From NCBI GenBank assembly GCA_047404215.1, contig JBDOIV010000013.1:794-64793 (forward strand): DNA of 64,000 bases, read 5' to 3'. The notes beneath the pieces are model-generated. The model was not told where the DNA came from. It saw only the letters and a list, made by a program, of their open reading frames with translations, and ran no database searches. Of this stretch, positions 50,849-60,990 are shown one piece after another (position 1 is the first letter of the stretch; each line of letters starts with the position of its first letter). This DNA comes from Rickettsiales bacterium. Lineage in GTDB: Bacteria > Pseudomonadota > Alphaproteobacteria > Rickettsiales > UBA1997. A program made the position numbers and the translations under genes.

Positions 50849-51526
50849 TTAATCAATATTTAGTATTTTGTGAGTCTGTAGAGATATTCTGGCGCCATAT
50901 TTTTCGGCTAATTCTAGGGTTTTTTTGATATTGTCTTGATTTTTTTGTTCATTATATTCATCCATTGGCTGTAAATAAACGGGGGCGTTGTATTTTGACT
51001 GTCCAACTTCTGCTATATCTTGATAGCCACCCTTGTTAGCGGAGATAATAAACTTAAAAGCATTGATTTTTGACAGCAAATCGGGACGAATTGAAAAATA
51101 TTTGCCGCTCTGCGCTTTCGGAGAGCATATAATATCTATTCGATCATCGATGTTGCGAAAAATGGTACCGTTAGTTTCAATTTGTACCTTAAAATTATTT
51201 TCAAGTAATTTTTGACAAAGCAGCTCTATTGGTTGACGCAGAGTTTCGCCACCAGTTAGAACGATTAGATCTCTAGTTCGAATGCCATATTTGTTGTTAC
51301 TTAAATCTATAGCTTGCTCAACCATTGCGTCAACAGAAAATTCTTCAAATTTACTAAACTCAGTATCGCAAAACTCGCAAGCTAAATTACAACCAGAGAG
51401 TCTAATAAAAACGGCCGGGTGCCCAGTAAAAGGTCCTTCACCTTGGAAGGTGGGAAAGATTTCGGTTACTTTGAGAATTGTGCCGTCGCCTGATTCAGGT
51501 TTTTGAATCTTATTTTTGCCAAACAT
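50849..51526 (-). CDS. queE: 7-carboxy-7-deazaguanine synthase (radical SAM)
   Basis: EIFPTFQGEG, FIRLSGCNLACEFCDT, IETNG, CSPK, SLQTHK; start at MFGKN. Confidence 0.94.
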   Translation of the reverse strand: MFGKNKIQKPESGDGTILKVTEIFPTFQGEGPFTGHPAVFIRLSGCNLACEFCDTEFSKFEEFSVDAMVEQAIDLSNNKYGIRTRDLIVLTGGETLRQPIELLCQKLLENNFKVQIETNGTIFRNIDDRIDIICSPKAQSGKYFSIRPDLLSKINAFKFIISANKGGYQDIAEVGQSKYNAPVYLQPMDEYNEQKNQDNIKKTLELAEKYGARISLQTHKILNID

Positions 51527-51527
51527 C

Positions 51528-51899
51528 TTAATATGATATTTTTTGATAAGTATTGGCATTCATATCGACAATATCAACACTTAAATCATTCTTTTCTTTG
51601 AGGTTTTTGCGATTTTGTAGCCAGTCTTTAGCCAATTTTCCAATATTCTTTGCAAGTTGAGCTTTGATTTCGTCGCTACGACCGGTCAAGATCTTGATAG
51701 TGATATGACAAAATGAGGATTTGGATTGATTGAGGCCAGCAACTATGTATCTTTCAAATGAAATAGCCCTGACTTTGCAACCGGCAACTGAAAAATTACC
51801 GTCAGTAATTTTGCTCATACTAATCGGAATTTCTTTTGATAGTTCATCGATGATTTTCTCATCGATACATCGTGAATGTTCAATATTTATATGAGGCAT
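51528..51899 (-). CDS. 5-carboxymethyl-2-hydroxymuconate isomerase family (tautomerase fold)
   Basis: MPHINIEHS (Pro-1), KVRA, FCHITIKILTGRS; start at 51899 avoids overlap with the tRNA. Confidence 0.85.
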   Translation of the reverse strand: MPHINIEHSRCIDEKIIDELSKEIPISMSKITDGNFSVAGCKVRAISFERYIVAGLNQSKSSFCHITIKILTGRSDEIKAQLAKNIGKLAKDWLQNRKNLKEKNDLSVDIVDMNANTYQKISY

Positions 51900-51918
51900 T
51901 AATTGAGGCATTTTGGAT

Positions 51919-51995
51919 TGGCGCACTCGGAAGGATTCGAACCCTCAACCTCCTGATCCGTAGTCAGACGATCTATCCAGTTGATCTACGAGTGC
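51919..51995 (-). tRNA. tRNA-Arg (ACG)
   Basis: Reverse complement GCACTCGTAGATCAACTGGATAGATCGTCTGACTACGGATCAGGAGGTTGAGGGTTCGAATCCTTCCGAGTGCGCCA. Confidence 0.96.
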
Positions 51996-52131
51996 ATAAG
52001 TATATGTTGATAATTTATTATAACAAAGAACTTATAAAATTCAACTAGTTATTTCGTGAACTACTGACTATATAATTCCCCTTCATTGAAGAGGGTAGTT
52101 AACCGATTTTGATAATTGTAAATATAAAACC

Positions 52132-52164
52132 TTACTCGCAGCATGGCTTGCAAACTGCGAGTAA
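52132..52164 (-). terminator. Hairpin downstream of recA
   Basis: TTACTCGCAG...CTGCGAGTAA inverted repeat just after the stop codon. Confidence 0.6.
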
Positions 52165-52178
52165 ATGCACTACTTAAC

Positions 52179-53231
52179 TTAAGCAGTTTTTTTCTTTTTC
52201 GGAGCTTCTTCGGCTTTTGTTTCGTTGCTATTAGCAGTTTTTTTGCCGCCAATACCTAATTTTTCCAAGATCAAGCCTTCAATTTCAGCTAAAGCTTCGG
52301 CATTTTCTTTTAAGTATTTCTTAACATTTTCTTTACCTTGGCCGATTTTAGCACCGTTATAAGCGTACCAAGAGCCAGATTTATCGATTACGTCATTTTT
52401 AACCGCTTGGTCAATGACTTCACCAACTCTAGAAACACCTTCGCCATAAATAATTTCAAACTCTGCAGTTTTAAATGGTGGTGCAACTTTATTTTTAACG
52501 ACCTTAACTCTAGTTTCGTTACCCAAAACTTCGTCTTGATCTTTGATAGCAGCACCTCTTCTGATGTCCAATCTAACTGAAGCATAGAACTTCAATGAGT
52601 TACCACCGGTAGTAGTTTCAGGAGAGCCAAACATTACGCCAATCTTCATTCTGATTTGGTTAATGAAAATGATGGTGGCGTTAGTTTTAGAAACAGTTGA
52701 AGTAAGTTTTCTTAAAGCTTTGCTCATTAATCTAGCTTGTAAACCCATTTGGTTGTCACCCATGCCACCTTCAAGTTCAACTTGTGGCACTAGAGCAGCA
52801 ACTGAGTCGATAACGACTAAATCAATAGCGCCAGAGCGAACCAAGGTGTCGGAGATTTCTAATGCCGCCTCACCGTGATCAGGTTGTGAAATTATAAGGG
52901 CATCTAGGTCAATTCCTAAGTTTTGGGCATAAATTGGATCGAATGCGTGCTCAGCATCAACAAAGGCACAAGTCAGTCCTTTCTTTTGCGCTTCGGCAAT
53001 TGCATGTAGGGTTAAAGTTGTTTTACCAGAAGATTCTGGTCCATAAATTTCAACTATTCTACCCCTAGGATAGCCACCAACGCCGAGAGCTATGTCAAGG
53101 GCTAGTGATCCGGTTGGGATGGTTTCAATTTCAACGGCTGCTTTTTGGCCAAAGGTCATAGCAGATCCCTTACCAAATTGTTTGTCTATTTGTGATAATG
53201 CAGCGTCGAGGGCTTTTTTGCGGTCATTCAT
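52179..53231 (-). CDS. recA: Recombinase A
   Basis: [39 protein letters not shown]. Confidence 0.99.
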   Translation of the reverse strand: MNDRKKALDAALSQIDKQFGKGSAMTFGQKAAVEIETIPTGSLALDIALGVGGYPRGRIVEIYGPESSGKTTLTLHAIAEAQKKGLTCAFVDAEHAFDPIYAQNLGIDLDALIISQPDHGEAALEISDTLVRSGAIDLVVIDSVAALVPQVELEGGMGDNQMGLQARLMSKALRKLTSTVSKTNATIIFINQIRMKIGVMFGSPETTTGGNSLKFYASVRLDIRRGAAIKDQDEVLGNETRVKVVKNKVAPPFKTAEFEIIYGEGVSRVGEVIDQAVKNDVIDKSGSWYAYNGAKIGQGKENVKKYLKENAEALAEIEGLILEKLGIGGKKTANSNETKAEEAPKKKKTA

Positions 53232-53517
53232 AATGCGTATAAATTAATTATTAAAATTCAGTCTCAAAAAATTTTAAGACTAACTCAAGTCTAGGATTTT
53301 TTAATGTAAATGTAAAGGGTTTTTTGGTTATTTTTTGAGTTTTTCATGATGCTTCTTGCAGGGTTTTGCAAGGAAGTCAGATGCTATTTTTATGTTAAAA
53401 TTTCTAACCGTTACCACTGGTATATATTTATTATACAGTGTATACAATTAATAGTCAAGTGTTATATTTACAACGACACCCCTCTAACAGAGAGGGGTTG
53501 ATCGAGTTTGGCTTTAG

Positions 53518-53599
53518 GAGATTCATCGCAAAGAAACTGCGGTATTTTTTAGCCGCGCAATTATGCGCGGTCCGGGGCGGGTCCCCAAGCAACTGAGAG
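53518..53599. repeat. Copy of the double-hairpin element also found at 36920-37010
   Basis: GAGATTCATCG...GCCGCGCAA-x2-TGCGCGGTCC...GGTCCCCAAGCAACTGA shared. Confidence 0.8.
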
Positions 53600-53638
53600 A
53601 TTTTTTGTTATTAAGGATTGTATTAATTGATTGAGCAC

Positions 53639-53676
53639 AAAAAAACCGCTATAAAATTAATTATAGCGGTTAAAAA
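53639..53676 (-). terminator. Intrinsic terminator for sucCD
   Basis: AACCGCTATAA...TTATAGCGGTT stem flanked by A/T tracts. Confidence 0.75.
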
Positions 53677-53709
53677 TATATTTTTTTACTGTCAATGAAG
53701 GTTGAGTTT

Positions 53710-53761
53710 TAGCTCTACTTCAACAACTCAACCATAGTTTCGCCTAAAGTAGCTGGAGAGT
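53710..53761 (-). repeat. 52-bp duplicate of the sucD 3' end (matches 53884-53935)
   Basis: 50 of 52 positions identical; encodes [14 protein letters not shown] versus [14 protein letters not shown]. Confidence 0.9.
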
Positions 53762-53888
53762 TGAGTAAAATAAATTTAGCTAAAGCTATATTTATTTTAG
53801 TGAAGGCTTTTGGTTTTTTCCCACAGCTAAGATGTGAACCAAAAACAAGCTATTTAATTTATTGCGAGTGAGGAATAAAATCCTAGCT

Positions 53889-54770
53889 CTACTTCAATAA
53901 CTCAATCATAGTTTCGCCTAAAGTAGCTGGAGAGTCAGAGACTTTAATACCAGCTTCTTGCATAGCAGCTATTTTGTCATCAGCGCCACCTTTACCACCA
54001 GAAACGATAGCACCAGCGTGGCCCATTCTTCTGCCTGGAGGTGCAGTTTTACCAGCGATGAAGCCAACACAAGGCTTGGAGCGACCTTTTTTAGCTTCTT
54101 GCTTTAAGAACTCAGCAGCTTCTTCTTCGTCAGAGCCGCCAATTTCACCGATCATGATCATTGCTTGAGTTTCTTCGTCAGATAAGAACATGTCTAAGCA
54201 ATCAATGAAGTTGGTGCCATTTACTGGATCACCACCGATACCGATACAAGTAGATTGGCCGAAGCCTGCTTTAGTAGTTTGGTGTACTGCTTCATAAGTT
54301 AGAGTACCAGAGCGAGATACGATACCAATTGAACCTTTTTTATGGATATGACCTGGCATAATGCCGATTTTACACTCATCAGGAGTGATTACACCTGGAC
54401 AGTTTGGACCGACTAATCTTGATTTTGAACCAGCTAAAGCTTTTTTAACTTTAACCATGTCAAGAACAGGAATACCTTCGGTGATACAAACTATTAATTC
54501 GATCTCAGAGTCAACAGCTTCTAAAATGGCATCAGCTGCAAATGGAGGAGGAACGTAGATAACTGAAGCGTTGCAATCGGTTTTCTTTCTAGCGTCAGCT
54601 ACAGTGTCAAAAACTGGTAAGCCTAGATGCTGCGAGCCACCTTTTTTAGGAGTTACGCCGCCAACCATATTTGTGCCATAAGCAATTGCTTGCTCTGAGT
54701 GGAAAGTTCCTTGCGCTCCAGTGAAGCCTTGGCAAATTACTTTGGTATTTTTATTAATTAATACTGACAT
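53889..54770 (-). CDS. sucD: Succinyl-CoA ligase alpha subunit
   Basis: [29 protein letters not shown]. Confidence 0.98.
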   Translation of the reverse strand: MSVLINKNTKVICQGFTGAQGTFHSEQAIAYGTNMVGGVTPKKGGSQHLGLPVFDTVADARKKTDCNASVIYVPPPFAADAILEAVDSEIELIVCITEGIPVLDMVKVKKALAGSKSRLVGPNCPGVITPDECKIGIMPGHIHKKGSIGIVSRSGTLTYEAVHQTTKAGFGQSTCIGIGGDPVNGTNFIDCLDMFLSDEETQAMIMIGEIGGSDEEEAAEFLKQEAKKGRSKPCVGFIAGKTAPPGRRMGHAGAIVSGGKGGADDKIAAMQEAGIKVSDSPATLGETMIELLK

Positions 54771-54802
54771 TTTTGTTTATTTTAATTTAAAATTCTTATT
54801 TC

Positions 54803-55972
54803 TTAACCAACTGCTTTAACAATTTTTTGAGCAGCATCACCTAAATCATCAGCTGAGATGATATCAAGGTCGGACTTTGATAAAATTTCTTTACCTAAAT
54901 CAACGTTAGTTCCTTCAAGTCTAACAACTAGAGGAATTGATAGGCTAACTTCTTTTGCGGCTTCAATGATGCCGTTGGCAATGATGTCGCATCTCATGAT
55001 GCCACCAAAAATATTAACCAAAATACCTTTTACATTTTCATCAGAAAGGATTATTTTGAAAGCTTCGGTAACTCTTTCACGAGTAGCGCCACCACCAACG
55101 TCTAGGAAGTTAGCAGGTGAAGAGCCATAAAGCTTAATAATATCCATAGTTGCCATTGCTAGGCCGGCACCGTTAACCATGCAGCCAATTTTACCATCCA
55201 TTTTGATGTAGCTAAGTTCGTGCTTCGAAGCTTCGATTTCAAGAGGCTCTTCCTCTTCTAAGTCACGAAGCTCAAGAACTTCTGGCTGACGGTATAGAGC
55301 GTTGCTATCGAAGTTGATTTTAGCATCAAGGATGATGATGTCACCATCTTGCGTTTCAACTAGTGGATTGATTTCAACTTGTGAAGCGTCAGTTTTAACG
55401 AAAGCATCGTAAAGTGAGGCGACTAGTTTGGAGAATTTTTTAAGCTTATCACCTTCTAAGCCAAGAGCAAAACCTAGTCTGCGAGCGTGGAATCCTTGGA
55501 TGCCAGAGGCAATATCAACTTTGGTAGTAATAATTTTATCTGGTTCGTTAGCGGCAACTTCTTCGATTTCCATGCCACCTTCAGTTGAAGCCATGAAAAT
55601 GATAGAACTAGTAGCGCGATCAACGACTGCTGATAGGTAGTATTCTTTTTTAATAGCTGAGCCAGACTCGATGTAAAGTCTTTTAACTTCCTTACCTTCA
55701 GGGCCGGTTTGGTGAGTGACTAAAACTTTTCCAAGCATTTCAGCAGCTTCTTTTTTAACATCAGCAACTGATTTAACGACTTTAACGCCACCAGCTTTAC
55801 CTCTTCCACCAGCGTGGATTTGGGCCTTAACAACAAAAACTTTGTGACCAGCTGCTTCTAATTTTTTTGCAGCTTCTTCAGCCTCATCAGCGGTGAAAGC
55901 AGGTATGCCTTCCGGCGCTGCTACGCCAAACTTTTTAAGCAATTCTTTTGCTTGATATTCATGAATATTCAT
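54803..55972 (-). CDS. sucC: Succinyl-CoA ligase beta subunit
   Basis: [41 protein letters not shown]. Confidence 0.98.
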   Translation of the reverse strand: MNIHEYQAKELLKKFGVAAPEGIPAFTADEAEEAAKKLEAAGHKVFVVKAQIHAGGRGKAGGVKVVKSVADVKKEAAEMLGKVLVTHQTGPEGKEVKRLYIESGSAIKKEYYLSAVVDRATSSIIFMASTEGGMEIEEVAANEPDKIITTKVDIASGIQGFHARRLGFALGLEGDKLKKFSKLVASLYDAFVKTDASQVEINPLVETQDGDIIILDAKINFDSNALYRQPEVLELRDLEEEEPLEIEASKHELSYIKMDGKIGCMVNGAGLAMATMDIIKLYGSSPANFLDVGGGATRERVTEAFKIILSDENVKGILVNIFGGIMRCDIIANGIIEAAKEVSLSIPLVVRLEGTNVDLGKEILSKSDLDIISADDLGDAAQKIVKAVG

Positions 55973-56150
55973 TTTTTATCTAAATTAAATTAAAATTCTC
56001 ATATAATATTACAACATTATTATTGAAAAATCAAGAAATTAGTTGCCAATTAAAGTTTTTGATAAAAAAGCTTTGACAAAATGCAAGGATATGTATATAG
56101 TTGTAGTGTATTGTAAGTGTATTGTTTTAAAACATTCAACAATCTTGGGT

Positions 56151-56873
56151 ATGGAGTCTTTTTTGATAACAAGACCAGAACGGCAGGGTGGCCAAATCAA
56201 GAATTTCCTGCAGCAGAGCGGTTACGAAGCGGTCTGCGAGCCTCTGTGTGATGTAGAATTTTTGCAATATGAAAAAGATGATATTAAGCAGCTAAAGTCA
56301 GGCGATGTGCAGGCTGTTTTTATTACCAGCTATAACGCTAGCGACACTTTCTTGAGCTTTGATTTTGATAAAGACGTTAATATTTTTGCAATCGGCGATA
56401 GGTCGGTTAAGGATATCAGGGTCAAGGGCTACAAAAATATATTCTTGCCAGATTCGCCGACAGTTTTAGAGCTAGAGAAGGCCTTTTTGCAGCATAATCC
56501 GGCGCAAACTGGGGAGGTTTTCTATTTTTGTGGTAATTATTTAACTAGGGACTTGTCCTTGACGCTGGCGCGCTATAAATTTGATATTAAGAGTGTCGTA
56601 TCTTATTTGGTAAAGTATCATGAAGAGCTCTCTGAGAATTTTTTGCGAATAGCAAAGCAGAGAAAGTTTGATAATATATTGTGTTACTCAAAAAATAATG
56701 CAAGATGTTTGGCGAAATTAGCCATAAAACATAATTTGTTTGAGTACTTTGATGACTCTAACATTGTTGCCATTAGTCAAGAAGTGGCGCTAGAGCTACA
56801 AAAATTTAACTTTAGTAAGGTAAAAACATTTAATGATTATCAATTTCTAAGAAAATATTATAATAAATTATGA
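56151..56873 (+). CDS. hemD: Uroporphyrinogen-III synthase
   Basis: LITRPE, FITS, FAIGD, YS; start moved to the ATG at 56151, downstream of a TTGACA promoter-like element. Confidence 0.8.
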   Translation: MESFLITRPERQGGQIKNFLQQSGYEAVCEPLCDVEFLQYEKDDIKQLKSGDVQAVFITSYNASDTFLSFDFDKDVNIFAIGDRSVKDIRVKGYKNIFLPDSPTVLELEKAFLQHNPAQTGEVFYFCGNYLTRDLSLTLARYKFDIKSVVSYLVKYHEELSENFLRIAKQRKFDNILCYSKNNARCLAKLAIKHNLFEYFDDSNIVAISQEVALELQKFNFSKVKTFNDYQFLRKYYNKL

Positions 56874-57778
56874 CCAGTAAAGCAAAAGGTGGCAAGAAGT
56901 CGCAAAAAAAATATTACTCATATTTGGTAGCTTTAGTTTTGATAGCTGTGTTAGCAGGGGCGGGTTTTTATTATTATGAGCAGCAGCGAGCGCTACATCA
57001 AGAAGCTAAGAATGAGCTGCAGGAGTTTGAAAATGTTGAAGCTGAGATCTTTGATCTTGGCGATAGTTTTCGAGTAGGATCTGATGACCAAGATGATGTG
57101 CCAGAATCGATCAAAAGATTAGGCAATTTGACGATTGAAGATTTAAAAAATGATGATGATTTTTTATATCAGGTCTTGATACAAAATCAGCTTGATATTA
57201 ATAAGCTAAATTCTCATATGAGGTTAATTGAGCTTGAGCTGAAGAGGTTTAAAAGTCAGGCAAAGCTGCAAAAGCTGATCATGACCTATGTTAATTTGCG
57301 AGAAAATATCTTCACATCACGACCATATAAAGATCAGATGCAGAACTTCAGATTGCTATCTATTGATAATAAGATTTTGATGGATAATGTTAGGTTGCTG
57401 CAGGATCTGGCTCCGGATTTTAAAAGTTTTGATGAGCTATCTAAGCAATTACAGGATATCAGTAAAACTTTGATAGCAATGAAGAAAAATGATCCAAAGG
57501 GTAGCTTTGTTGAAAGAGTGCGATTCAATATAGCAAAAGTAGTGACTATAAGAAAGTTAGATGGTCAAAGTGATGAAATCGATGGGGCGATATTCAGGCT
57601 ACAAAACGCTTTGCAAAATAATGATTGTGATCAGTCGGGTCGGGAAATAGCTAAATTTGCACAAAGATATCAAGAAGCAATTGCCACTTTGAAAAGTGAT
57701 TTAGAAAAATCTTGTCAATTGCGAGAAGTTGATGATGAAATTATGCTATATTTAGAAAATTTGTCACTTGTTAATTAA
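56870..57778 (+). CDS. Mitofilin/alphaMic60-like inner membrane protein
   Basis: N-terminal TM, coiled coil, RENIFTSRPY...VVTIRK...RLQNALQNND pattern; hemD-X-hemY order. Confidence 0.65.
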   Translation: MTSKAKGGKKSQKKYYSYLVALVLIAVLAGAGFYYYEQQRALHQEAKNELQEFENVEAEIFDLGDSFRVGSDDQDDVPESIKRLGNLTIEDLKNDDDFLYQVLIQNQLDINKLNSHMRLIELELKRFKSQAKLQKLIMTYVNLRENIFTSRPYKDQMQNFRLLSIDNKILMDNVRLLQDLAPDFKSFDELSKQLQDISKTLIAMKKNDPKGSFVERVRFNIAKVVTIRKLDGQSDEIDGAIFRLQNALQNNDCDQSGREIAKFAQRYQEAIATLKSDLEKSCQLREVDDEIMLYLENLSLVN

Positions 57779-57790
57779 TATTTTTTTACT

Positions 57791-58345
57791 ATGTTTAGAC
57801 TTTTGAAATTTTTATTTATAATTATAGCCTTAGCAATTGGTGTGATCTGGCTTGTTAATAATAACGGTGAAGTGGTGATTAATTGGCTGGGATATGAGAT
57901 AGTTACTGATGTGTTTATGATAGTTGTGCTAACGATAGTCAGCTTGATATTTATTTTTGTTTTTGCTTATTTATTGACAAAAATATTCTCTTTTAAGATC
58001 AAAAAGATTTCAGAAAAAATAACCAATATTAAAAATGCTAAAAAGCTCAAAAAGATGGAGAAGGGAAATGATGTCGCCTACCTTCAGTTGACGCAAATAT
58101 TAGCCTATCTAGATGAAGGTGAGGTGAAGTTGGCGAGATCAGTTTTTAAAAAATTCTGCGCCAATGTTAAGAATGAAGATATCATTGAATATTTAAAATT
58201 TAGATTTGGTTATTTCGAAAGTGATGCTTACAAGAAAAATGCTAATAAAAAGACTACCGGCGTGCCAGGAATTTCTCCAGAAAATGATAAGGAGATCAAT
58301 AGTTACTTTAATTTTGCTAGTAAAAAGGGCTGGAAAAGTAAATAG
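57791..58345 (+). CDS. HemY N-terminal domain membrane protein (short)
   Basis: WLVNNNGEVVINWLGYEI HemY_N signature with 2 TM helices; lacks the long TPR region. Confidence 0.75.
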   Translation: MFRLLKFLFIIIALAIGVIWLVNNNGEVVINWLGYEIVTDVFMIVVLTIVSLIFIFVFAYLLTKIFSFKIKKISEKITNIKNAKKLKKMEKGNDVAYLQLTQILAYLDEGEVKLARSVFKKFCANVKNEDIIEYLKFRFGYFESDAYKKNANKKTTGVPGISPENDKEINSYFNFASKKGWKSK

Positions 58346-58428
58346 TAAAATTTGACATTAACTCTTTAGTATTTTATAATAATCATCATTAAAATTATTA
58401 ATTTGAGTTAATTAAATCATTAAAAACC

Positions 58429-59268
58429 ATGGATAATATCAGCAATATAATAGAGCAAGCTTTTGAAGATAGAGCTAATATCAATTCGCAAACTCAGGGT
58501 GAAGTTAGACAGGCGGTAGAAAAGGCCTTGAACTCTCTTGATAGTGGCGAGCTTAGAATTTGCGAGCAAAAAGATGGTCAGTGGGTAGTTAATCAGTGGG
58601 CTAAAAAGGCGGTTTTGCTTTCTTTTAGACTAAATGATAACTATTTGAGTCAGCAAGAAATTAAGGCTGGTGATGCGCTAAGTTTTTATGATAAAGTGCC
58701 ACTTAAATTTGCTAATTGGCAAGAAGAGGATTTCAAAAAAGCTGGTTTTAGAGCGGTTGCTGGTGCGGTAGTGCGTCATTCAGCTTATATTGCTAAAAAT
58801 GTAGTTTTGATGCCATCTTTTGTTAACTTGGGTGCTTATGTTGATGAAGGAACTATGGTTGACACTTGGGCAACGGTTGGTTCATGCGCGCAAATTGGTA
58901 AAAATTGTCACATCTCTGGCGGTGCTGGGATTGGTGGTGTATTAGAGCCATTGCAAGCAAATCCAGTAGTAATCGAAGATGATTGCTTTATTGGCGCTAG
59001 AAGTGAAATTGCTGAAGGAGTTATCGTAGAAAAAGGATCGGTAATTTCAATGGGTGTTTATATTGGTGCTTCAACTAAGATTATTGATCGTGAGTCTGGA
59101 GAAATTTACTACGGTCGCGTTCCTGCATATAGCGTTGTAGTTCCGGGTAACGTAGCAACAAGTAAAGGTAAGGGGCAAGATTTATCTTTATATGCAGCTG
59201 TGATTGTAAAAAGAGTTGATGAAAAAACCAGATCAAAAACTTCTGTTAATGAATTGCTAAGAGACTAG
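58429..59268 (+). CDS. dapD: Tetrahydrodipicolinate N-succinyltransferase
   Basis: [38 protein letters not shown]. Confidence 0.97.
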   Translation: MDNISNIIEQAFEDRANINSQTQGEVRQAVEKALNSLDSGELRICEQKDGQWVVNQWAKKAVLLSFRLNDNYLSQQEIKAGDALSFYDKVPLKFANWQEEDFKKAGFRAVAGAVVRHSAYIAKNVVLMPSFVNLGAYVDEGTMVDTWATVGSCAQIGKNCHISGGAGIGGVLEPLQANPVVIEDDCFIGARSEIAEGVIVEKGSVISMGVYIGASTKIIDRESGEIYYGRVPAYSVVVPGNVATSKGKGQDLSLYAAVIVKRVDEKTRSKTSVNELLRD

Positions 59269-59309
59269 GTCTTTAGTTGCAGCTTGGCAAAGATAACAAA
59301 TGAATAGAG

Positions 59310-59888
59310 ATGATTTTTAGCTATGAACTGATCATTATTGTAGCAATCCTACTACTAAATCTGATCTTTATTTGCATTCAGAAAAATAGGTTATCAGCCT
59401 GCGTCAATGTTGCAATTACGGTAATTTTGCTAATATTGCTATTAAGCTTTGTTGCAAAAAGTCAAATTGTTTTTCGAGATGTTAGTTATAGCTTGCTGAT
59501 CTTGATGCTAGCTAGTGCCCTAATTATTGTTAAGCAAAATAAAATCGTAAAAAATAAAAAAAGCGTCAAAAAAAATTCCTTCTCATTTGGCTACTTTTTA
59601 CTAGTGACCATAGCAATAATAGGGGTATTCTTATCTTTAAGTTATTTATTAGTGGCTGATTTTAAGCATGATGATGCGGTGAGTGTAGTAGAGGCGGTAG
59701 AAAAGCTAGATATCAATAATACCAAATTGGCTAGAGAAAAATATCAAGCAAAATCATCTTTATTTGATGGTAGAGAGTTTGACATCAAGTTATTTAAGGG
59801 TTTTAGCGATATAATTATCTTCATATGCTGTTTCTTTCCACTATTTCTTGCGATAACGGCTAACAAACAAACAAAAAATAATAAATGA
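59310..59888 (+). CDS. Polytopic membrane protein, possibly a diverged NuoJ/MnhB-like subunit
   Basis: About 5 TM segments with a NuoJ-like layout; no clear motif. Confidence 0.4.
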   Translation: MIFSYELIIIVAILLLNLIFICIQKNRLSACVNVAITVILLILLLSFVAKSQIVFRDVSYSLLILMLASALIIVKQNKIVKNKKSVKKNSFSFGYFLLVTIAIIGVFLSLSYLLVADFKHDDAVSVVEAVEKLDINNTKLAREKYQAKSSLFDGREFDIKLFKGFSDIIIFICCFFPLFLAITANKQTKNNK

Positions 59889-60982
59889 GTTTATATAAAA
59901 TATTACGACCATTAATTTTTAAATTAGATAGTGAAAAGGCTCATAATTTAGCAATTGCTTTTCTGAAATATTTTCCTAATTTGGCAAATTGCATGAGCGC
60001 TAGAAAAAGCTATAAGTCTTTGAAGCAGCAAGTTTGCGGGCTTGATTTTAAGAATCCGGTTGGGCTAGCGGCTGGTTTTGATAAAAATGGTGAGACAATT
60101 AAGGCGATGAATGGCTTTGGCTTTGGCTTTGTAGAAGTGGGGACGGTTACTCCTAAAGGGCAGCCTGGTAATGAAAAGCCAAGAATGTTTCGGGTTGAAA
60201 AGAGTAGGGCGGTCATTAATAGGCTGGGCTTTAATAATTTAGGCAGCGATAATCTGGCTAAAAACATCGCGCGATTTAAATTTGCAAAATCTCACAACAA
60301 AAATTCGGGTAAGATAATTTGTGGTATCAATATTGGCAAAAATAAGGATACTCAAGAGGCGCTTGATGACTATCTGCCGTTGCTAGAGCGTTTTTATGAA
60401 AAAGCATCCTATATTACGGTTAATATATCGTCTCCGAATACTAAAAATTTAAGAGATTTGCAGGATCAGGATAATTTAAAAACTTTTTTATCGCAAATTA
60501 TAGCAAAGCGCAACTCTCTACAGCAGCAACATCAAGTTGTTACTCCTGTTTTTTTAAAGGTAGCGCCGGACTTGAGCTATGAACAGCAGCAAGATATTGC
60601 TCATATAGTGATGACGCAGGGGGTGGATGGCTTGATTATATCAAATACTACAATATCACGTCCTGAGGGTATTGGCGCTGAATTTAAGAAGCAGCAGGGC
60701 GGTCTTAGTGGCAAGCCACTATTTGAAATTTCCAACGAGGTTTTGAGTAATTTTTATCAGTTAACTAAAGCGCAGCTGCCAATAATCGCAGTAGGTGGTG
60801 TCAGCAACGCTCAAGACGCATATCATAAGATTAAGTTAGGAGCAAGCTTAGTGCAAATTTACTCAGCCCTGATCTATGAAGGATTTTCTTTAGTAGAAAA
60901 TATCAATAAAGATCTTGACCAATTGTTAAAGCGAGATGGTTTTGAATCCATCGATCAAGCAATTGGATCTCACTATCAATAG
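59885..60982 (+). CDS. pyrD: Quinone-dependent dihydroorotate dehydrogenase
   Basis: GLAAGFDKN, NRLGFNN, NIGKNK, NISSPNT, KVAPD, GGLSG. Confidence 0.97.
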   Translation: MSLYKILRPLIFKLDSEKAHNLAIAFLKYFPNLANCMSARKSYKSLKQQVCGLDFKNPVGLAAGFDKNGETIKAMNGFGFGFVEVGTVTPKGQPGNEKPRMFRVEKSRAVINRLGFNNLGSDNLAKNIARFKFAKSHNKNSGKIICGINIGKNKDTQEALDDYLPLLERFYEKASYITVNISSPNTKNLRDLQDQDNLKTFLSQIIAKRNSLQQQHQVVTPVFLKVAPDLSYEQQQDIAHIVMTQGVDGLIISNTTISRPEGIGAEFKKQQGGLSGKPLFEISNEVLSNFYQLTKAQLPIIAVGGVSNAQDAYHKIKLGASLVQIYSALIYEGFSLVENINKDLDQLLKRDGFESIDQAIGSHYQ

Positions 60983-60990
60983 TTATTGCT

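Noticed and set aside
51899-51926. N-terminal extension of the isomerase ORF overlapping tRNA-Arg
   Set aside because: The family needs Pro at position 2 (MPH), so the start is 51899 and the overlap disappears
53232-53470. LexA box upstream of recA
   Set aside because: No GTTC-N7-GTTC or GAAC-N7-GAAC repeat seen; only short AT-rich palindromes
60265-60330. Possible hairpin insertions in pyrD (and similarly in tilS)
   Set aside because: Pairing relies mostly on G-T wobbles in AT-rich DNA and the insertion borders are unclear
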